From: Cystobasidiomycetes sp. EMM_F5
Lineage: Eukaryota
NCBI GenBank assembly: GCA_051047955.1
Contig: JBPGPT010000047.1
Span: forward strand, 1 to 64,000
DNA length: 64,000 nt
Direction of reading: 5' to 3'
In this document: positions 51,835-64,000 of the stretch, in pieces
How the letters are laid out: the number at the start of each line of letters is the position of its first letter
How positions within the stretch are numbered: position 1 is the first letter of the stretch
Program-made: the position numbers and the translations under genes
The notes under the pieces: model-generated
What the model saw: the letters and a program-made list of their open reading frames with translations, nothing else
What the model was told of the DNA's origin: nothing
Database searches by the model: none

Positions 51835-54800
51835 TCAACGGCCCTCATTATACGTCTCCCTGCCTGGCGCTAGGTCATCGAGACTACGGTGGCCCTGCAG
51901 TCTGAGAGATGCGGGAAAAGCCATAGTACGCATTAGCCAAAAATCCGAGTATGTGGGTGGGTCGTCTCACTCACTCTCGCATGACATCAGCACTGATTGG
52001 AATGACAGACTTGCGGCGGACGTGGTCCATGCGATTCTGACCAGCTGTAGGTGGTCCGCTGTTCCTCTGCGGTTGGAACGGCTGATGGCTTTGCTCGTAT
52101 TGCTGCCGCGGCGCGTCCTGATGCTGAGGGTGAAATTCACCAGGAAACGGTTGTTGCTGCTCGTCCGAGTACTGTTCAATGTCTCGCGACACGTTCGAAT
52201 CGTCCATTTGCTCGTCCAGCGATATGCTCGGACCCTCCGCCGACATCTGCTCATCTCCTTCCAGCGAATAGTCATCTTCTAGTAACGACAAGTCTACCAG
52301 CTCCATTGCTGGAATAGGCGCATCAAAGTTGGCAGGCAGCTTGCTCTTATCGCCTGCATTGGCTAGTGCTGCTTCCCTGAGTTGCTGCCACGCCACATCG
52401 CGTGACTCTTGCCGTTGCCGTTCATCAAGTCTTTGCTGCTTGTAATCGGCTGTACATTCATCGAAGAATTGCGGATTGATGTCCATAAATGTCTTTAGAG
52501 CAGTAAAGACCCTGTAAGCAGAGTTAGTAGTGTCTCCCCGACAAGACTGCCGCTACCAAGCGACGTACAAGTTGTGTATCTGTCTATTCCAGTGTGTCTT
52601 GGAATTGGAGTACAGAGCACCAAACACTATTGGCAATATAATCTTGATATTCTCGCTGATCAAATTGACTACGTATTCGTTCTGCAGACACGAGAGCATC
52701 ATTACTTTAGCGCACGTGCAGCGCCAACGCGAGTTTACTCACATTCCAGTAGTATAATGCTCGTTCGGCCACCTGAAAGTGCTGACTATTGACGCATTTC
52801 GCCAATTGCTTGAAGAGCGGGACCATGATTTTCTGAAACTCGATAGGGTCAATGACGTCGAGTATTTCCTCGACCTCGTTCAAAAACATGACTTCTTTTG
52901 GCGAATTGACTTTTGGCCAAAATTTGAGCAAGCCCAAAACGACTTCTTCCGTCAATGCCGGGTCTTTCTCCAGAAATTGAACGACGCAGTATGCTAGTTG
53001 CGGGTGATATAGTGTGAGTGATTTGACCTTGTGTAACGGTAAGAGTGCTTTGGTCAGGAAAATCTTGTGCTCGTCCTTCAAGGGTAGTGCAAAGCCATTG
53101 ATGATGGACCCAAGAATTTCCAATAGCTCGGCAATCCCATTGTGTCGCTCCGTGTCGTATACGAACTGGTAAAAGACATAGTTTATTGATCTTCGGATAA
53201 AAGCGCGGAGGTTTAGGAATTTGCCATAGATCCGGTGGAGCGTCGTCTTGAGGAAATCGCGTTCTCTCGGGTCCTCCGAATCGAAAAGGTCAAGCAGCTG
53301 CGGAACGAACGCATCAGACACGACTTTTAGCGATACAGCCAGACTTACAGAAAGGACGAAGCTCGTATCAATATACCGTTTGGCGATGTTTGTATTGAAG
53401 TCTGGACTCTCGACGAAGCGCAGGAAGAATTCGTATACTATTTGTAGATGCGGCCACGCCAATTCGAGCACGGGCTCATCTTCTTCGGGATCAAACGCAT
53501 CACCGGACGGGTTGACGGGAGGAGGAATTGAGCGGAAGAGATTTGACGCAAACTGGAAAGCAACGAAAAGTACGATCAGCACGGTCGACAGTAGGCGATA
53601 GATAGGTCGATCCCAGTCCTACCATCTTTACGACCTCTGGATATATGTCTTCGGTAATGACGCCTCTTTGCGTCGTGACAAAATCAAGCATTTCTGCCAG
53701 TGCTTCTGCCTTTACATTTTTGCCTTGCAGATCTGTCGAGACATCGTTAAAGTCGAAAACGACTGCAGCCTGTCTCAGTTTCTGTATAAATAGATCATGC
53801 CGCTCCTGTGGATGTGCTTGCATCAAGCTGGGCAAAGGACGGATATCGACCTTTTCAGCGACATGAAAGCGTGACGATCTCTGTTTGCGTGGCGTCTTTG
53901 CTAACGGTAGGGTATCCTTCGGTGTTCCCTGACCTGGACCAGCTACCGAGCCTCGAAGCCGGTTGATGGGTCCGGCCTTGGGCGGGGTAGCATTCGGACC
54001 ATGAAGGGATGACGGGTGGTGCGGTGACACTGGCGAAGCCGGTGCGTTTATCGCAGCGCCTCCAGGCGGCGGTGGAGAGCCTGCATTCCCACGGTGCGCG
54101 AGCGAGTAAGTGCCGTGCGCGACTGGATGATGGGGATTTGCAGAAGGATGTGGGAGTGGGTCGGCTGGCATGACGGCCTAAAAGAGAAGAAGGTTCACAT
54201 GTCCGTCAGTATTGACTCATCAGATGGATGCCTGGATACTGGCACAAACGCCAGTTTGGCGTTTGAGTGCAAAGGCTCATAGGACTGACGCGATCCGGTT
54301 CCTGCTTTGACACGCCTGGCCCAGCTTTGCGAGGCTTGTGTCCACTCACGCTTTCTGGCGGTACTACCACTATGGGCGGGCTCGCTACGGAACTGCCTAT
54401 GCTTCCGGTGTTTGTCGGAGTAACTGTGCCAGAATCGCCGCTGTAGGATGAATTTCGCTGAGAATGAGGAGGAGTCGACATTACGCTGCTGCTATGCTGC
54501 TGTCGGGAGTCATTCTGATGCGAGGACGATGCTGAAGACGAGCTGCTGTTGCTAGACAGGTTGTTCCTTGCCGAGTTGGCCAGGGAGCTCAGAAACCCGC
54601 CGGCGCGCGACGTTGACGATGAAGAGGCTGGCTGAGCGCCTTGGCTGTGACTCGAGGCACCATCCTTGCCGCTGTTGTTGAGGGAGGAGGTCGAGGACGA
54701 TGGCGAGTGCGAGGGCGAGTTGGATCGCTCGTTTCCGCCCAAGCTGGCTACGGCGCGGTTGGCGGCTCTGTCCGACGACGACGACGAGGATACTCGTCCA

Positions 54801-55002
54801 CCGGATCCAAAGCTCCCGCTCCCGCTCCCGCTCGCCGTTCCCGTTGACCCAGCAGCCTGTCCCGCTGAGGTGCTGCTCGACTGCCCCGAATCCGACTTGT
54901 CCTTACGAAGCTGCGTGTAGACCACCACCAGCCTGCCAGTGAGCGTAATATCCTACCTTCTGAGCCATCTCGCAAACTCACCACTTTTCCAAACCGCTTC
55001 AT
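51835..55002 (-). CDS. RTS1: PP2A regulatory subunit B' (B56)
   Basis: [64 protein letters not shown] and RRKSVIP. Confidence 0.97.
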
Positions 55003-55507
55003 CCTGGCCGCTCAGCTTCGTCCCCAAATGAATGCCCGGGCTGCTGGCAGGTTGGGACCGATTTCCAGAACGATATATCAGGTTATGCCTCGCTTCACTG
55101 CGTCGTTGTTGTCTTTGTTATCGACGCAGTTGTTGAGGGTGTTGGCTGGAAACGAGGTGCCGTCGAGGTTGGGTTGAAATCGACAAAGTCCCGCAGGCTG
55201 GGACCTGAATCGTGTGTGTGATTTACGGCAAGTTGGCAATTTAAATGACGGCGCATGAACACCCCACACTCGCATACTCTTTGCACTGCTCGGCGACATT
55301 ATCAGTTACAAAAGCCCCAGATATCTCTACAGAATGCGGAAAGGGAAACGACAGCACTTTAGGTTGAGGCAGAGAAGGACAGCCAGCCAGCCATGCCATG
55401 CCAGGCAGCCAGTCGTGTGCACGCAACGCATTCAAATACTTGTGCCTGCGAGGGTCTACCTGCTGCTACAGACGTGACGATATGCAGACGCGAATGCACG
55501 CAATCGG

Positions 55508-60056
<4,549 letters not shown>

Positions 60057-60804
60057 AAGCTTTGACCGGATTCAGCTTGGTTTCCGGGTCGCTCGAGCTG
60101 CGGTATCGCTACCGTTGATGGTAAATGGCCGTCGTCGTCGTCGTCGTCGATATCCTGTGGCTTCAAGGACCTCAACGGAGCTCGACTGGGCTGCCAGCTG
60201 AGCGCGGGTGATGGTACAGGTCGCAGCAGCTGCCAGATCCTGAGTAGCCAAAGTGCTGGCCCGCTGGTCCAAGGGTCTGTATGTCGCGGTCAGTTGGTGC
60301 GTAGAGAGCTGACGCAGGCCTCGCTGGGTTGCCTCTGAACGACTGGTTGCAAAAGTTGGCGAGATTGGCTTGACGAGCACTCCAGCAGCACAGCGAGGAC
60401 GATACTGCTGGCAAGCTACAACGCTCGAAACGCTGAGCTTGGTGCAGGTTTCGCTGTAAAATTTGGATGGTTTGGCGCTTTTGGACTGAATTCCTGTAGC
60501 TTTGAATATATTCCATGCACACTTTACTCTTCACAGTTCACACACTCCCACGCAAGCTCATTAAGATCAGCTCCGCGCTTTGCAAGAGTCTGCTCGATTA
60601 CGGCTGAAGAGCCCGAAAGGCGGACACTCTAGCAATACCCCTACGAGGACAGCATCGAGTCATAATCTTGCAAGATCCCCTTTGTTAGCATATGCGCGTT
60701 GTATTCAGCAATCACTTTCTACCAACCCAAAATGCAATGTCGACACACCAAACATGCCAACAGAACCTTGCCCCGCACTCCAAAACTCCATGCCAAATTA
60801 ACTC

Positions 60805-62055
60805 TCATCTGCCCAACGCCCTCAGTCTCGTCCACGCCTGGGCACTGCCCTGCTGGCGGAGTCCCCGTGCGACCCACCACTGCTCGGAAGCCTCTCTTCC
60901 CATGGCAGCATCCTCGATGGCTTCCTCAATGTCGAAAAATGTGTATGTGATGGGAATGCCCGACTTCAACCACCACTCGAGTGACTGGACTTTGCCATAC
61001 CTCGTTGCCCCAATCAAGACTTCCTTGTCGTATACGAGTGGCAGCCGAGATTCACGCCACCAGTCGAGCAGGTGTACGTTTCCCGCACACGAGAGGTGAT
61101 ACAGTGCCATCTTGGTGTATGTCCCCTTCAGGCCTGATTTACTGTTCCACCAATCGAGCATGTCGGCAGACCCGTCCTTGACCATTGACGCAAAGTCCAA
61201 AACATTGCCAATCTTGAGACGTAGTCCGCTTTCAATCCACCATTCCAGCGCCGGAGTCTGCTTCTTGATTGTCGCACTGTTGAGCGCGTCCTCAGAGTAG
61301 ACTAGTGGTATTCCAGACTTTTTCCACCACTATGTCCATCATCACGTCAACGTATTGAAAACATCAAGTTGATGACGGCAAACTCACCTCGAGTACCGAA
61401 ACATGCCCGTTTCGTGAAGCGTCATCAATCGCTCGCGGAGTCAGGGTCGCTTCCGCCAATCCGAAAGACGAGCCTCGATGGGCCCACTCCAGTACCTATT
61501 GGAATACAAAGATCAGTAAAACATTATCACGGTATGCGTATGCGAACCGAGTAAATTTACTTCGACCCTACCCCATGCCGAAGCAATCTCAGGTAGCAAT
61601 TCTATGCATACCGTATGCATCTGGCTAGGTTCGACAGAATACAGCCAATCCAGGAGGTGCACATAACCGAAACGAACCATGACCCGCGCTCCCCAATGAC
61701 TGAATGTGCGTTGAGCTTTGAGCTTGTTTGCAGTTGACATATGTCCCTCTGCTAGCGCGGTCGCACCCGACGGAAGAGCAGTCTGTCCGACGATACTGGC
61801 GGCTCTTCTTCGATTATGTCCCCGTAACATCTCCCCCTTATAGACTGCTTGTACTATTCGCAGACTTCCCGTCAAGATTGCGCGATCCAAAGTTGTACTC
61901 TGCTCTGCCCAAGGAGTGGTCTGAGGTATAGCATTAGGCATGCCGAGCGTGCACGCTAACTCGTAGTCGTCAGTGTACTTCAAGATAAGGGAGATGATTT
62001 CGGAAGGTATTTTACGAGTGTGAGAGACCGGTAGTCGGATAGGAGACGGTCCGCA
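60805..62055 (-). CDS. Ankyrin-like repeat protein (LxWW repeats); no own in-frame ATG ahead of its N-terminal block
   Basis: Repeats ASAWGRVEVLEW, ASRNGHVSVLEWW, AGNVHLLDWW and ATRYGKVQSLEWW; N-terminal IPSEIISLILKYTDDYELACTLG. Confidence 0.75.
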
Positions 62056-62121
62056 CTATCCATCAGATGAGAGATCCATTCAGTATTTTACCCCACAACC
62101 GTTGGTCAATCGAAATGGACG

Positions 62122-63105
62122 TCAAATACTCACATCGATCACTTCCTCCTTGTCTGGACTCGTTTTCTGCACGCTTTCGAGTGCAAGTATAGCCTCGGCA
62201 TACTGCTGATATTTGGGTGTCGCTCCTGCATCGGCAGGCAGGGACGACGCAAAGGCAGTATGAGCCGTCGCTATACTTCTCGCTCGCAGTATGAACGGCG
62301 CAAGCACGATGTCGGGGAGGGTCGGATATTCGCCCGAGAAGAAAGGTCCTCGAATCTGTTGCCCGACAATCATGCTGTTAGCGCAAGAGATGATTGTAAA
62401 CTACGACTTGTAGCGTACTTCCGCAGCGTACGCATCCAGATTCTTGCAAAGATCGATGCAGGAACTTTGAGGCGTGGCTGTACCGTCCTGTTTTGCGCGA
62501 AGTATGCGCATAAATACAGGAATGATCACTCTGCGTATCCAATCTGTCCAAACTCGCTCTCGAGAACGCTCAACCAGGTCGGCCGACCACAGTGGCGGAT
62601 ACTTTTCTGAAGAGGGAAATGCTACGAAGTCAAAAGAGGGCGAGTCAGTGATGCAATAGCCAATATTAGAAGAGTATGCCAATCACCATCTGCCAAGTAT
62701 TCGATACAGGGAATACTGCCGCGAACACGACGACCGTCTGGCAGCTCGAGGTATGGCAAGAGCTGATTTGGGGTATACTGGAAATGGTCGGTATCCTTCT
62801 GGTCGCTGGACGCTTCCTGATAAACAGTCAATCTCGTCATTCAGAACGACCAAGTCTTTGTTTCGAGTATTTCGGTGGCGACACACCCTATACGTATAGG
62901 GTATACGACGTTGCTCGAGGGCAATCCAGGCTCGCTGGGCAAACGGCGAGGCTGACGATACGGAATACGGGCAGCGACTTAGTTGGATTACAATATCATT
63001 TGAGACGCCCAGCTCACAGCAGTCGGACACCAGAACCAAGCCAGTCTCGGTTGGGCCAGCATGACCGCGTATCGTGTGCAGCGCAGACCCAGCGTGGGAG
63101 CTCAT
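62122..63105 (-). CDS. Glutathione S-transferase, omega-like
   Basis: SPFAQRAWIALE, PNQLLPYL..GSIPCIEYL, and GPFFSGEYPTLPDIVLAPF (N-capping box). Confidence 0.85.
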
Positions 63106-63400
63106 TGCAGGCCTTTTATGACAGCAGTGTCATGAGAGATCCATGTCATATTTAAGAGTCATATTAGAAGTGACAGCAACGTGCTGCAAAGCAAGACCCG
63201 CGAGTTGCTCGACATTCTGATCGCCGCGTGGACCGAAATCCGAATATTGACCCAATTACATTACGCAGACGCTCTATGCAGTCTGGACTCTACTATACAC
63301 TATACCCAAGCAAGTCGCATGCTACATGTGGCTTCCGTCCGCCGTCCCATCAACACTCCCGACAAGGTACTCGGCCCCCAGCTCGTTCACTGTTCCATCA

Positions 63401-64000
63401 CTACGACTCTGGGGCGAGTTCCTCTCCGCTCGAATCACTGGCACTCGAATCGCCATCCTCGTTTCTGAGCTTTGCGACTTCAAGAGGTGGAAAGGCGGGT
63501 GCTGATCCCTCGGCTTGGGCAACAAATCCTTCCTTGTAGAGGCCATGTCTTCGAATATACTTGCTGACGCAACCAGGAAGGAGGTACTCGATAGACATGC
63601 CTTTTTTGACAAAAAGTCGGACTTTGGTCGACGAGACGTCGTTTCGTACGAGTTGTGGCACCATGTAGATATTGTCGCGATATAACGCCAAGGGAGAGCG
63701 AGAATGTACAGATGACGACGAGAAGATGCTCTGATCGATTTCGGATTCTGCTCGCTCGATAATATATGTGCCGTATTGGCCAAGAATATGGTGAAGCTGG
63801 ATGAGCAAGCAGCATTAGCGAAATGTTTCGCTCGAGTTCCGAGTAAAGCAACACACATCTTCCTCAGCCCAGACCCCAGGTTCGCTCATTGTCTGGATGA
63901 GATCGCTGCCCGCCAGTAGAATAATACGCACGTCCTTTCTCCCGATCTCATTGCCCTGGTCGTCCACAACCGGCACGCCGCCGCGTTTCTTGTTGATCTC
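63401..64000 (-). CDS. NMA1: Nicotinamide/nicotinate mononucleotide adenylyltransferase, 3' part
   Basis: LLAGSDLIQTMSEPGVW, HHILGQYG..IER and QLVRNDVSSTKVRLFVKKGMSIEYLLP..YIRRHGLY. Confidence 0.93.

Noticed and set aside
60072..60534. Minus-strand ORFs upstream of USP7 with a (GAC)n tract
   Set aside because: No recognisable protein features; these cannot be distinguished from chance ORFs in a leader or promoter.

Overview
Eukaryotic, intron-rich and very gene-dense fungal DNA. Introns are mostly about 50-80 nt GT..CTRAY..YAG and many intergenic gaps are under 200 bp, consistent with a compact basidiomycete such as Mixia (an inference). About 26 spliced protein genes were reconstructed by eye: two tandem asparaginases, a SCYL1/CEX1 pseudokinase, a mitochondrial carrier, RRN6-like, METTL26-like, mitochondrial L3, OPA3, a GH5 glycolipid hydrolase, three tandem F-box-like paralogs, two SGNH-like paralogs flanking synaptojanin, an ARO8-like aminotransferase, mitochondrial S11, cytosolic LeuRS, MET1, a histidine phosphatase, an intradiol dioxygenase-like protein, SET1, zuotin, PP2A-B56, USP7/UBP15, an ankyrin-like protein, a GST and a partial NMNAT. 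Main observations: (1) apparent non-AUG initiation, namely an ACG-ACG-started 50-codon mitochondrial-presequence-like extension on cytosolic LeuRS and a CUG start for CEX1; (2) a 78-nt intron that would fuse the GST in frame to the ankyrin-like gene; (3) a 969-bp TA-flanked non-autonomous DNA transposon with degenerate TIRs and ACAGCTGT arrays in the RRN6/METTL26 divergent promoter; (4) an intron duplicated by a 145-bp tandem duplication in one F-box paralog. No rRNA, tRNA or CRISPR array was recognised. Exon boundaries are manual and no database search was run.
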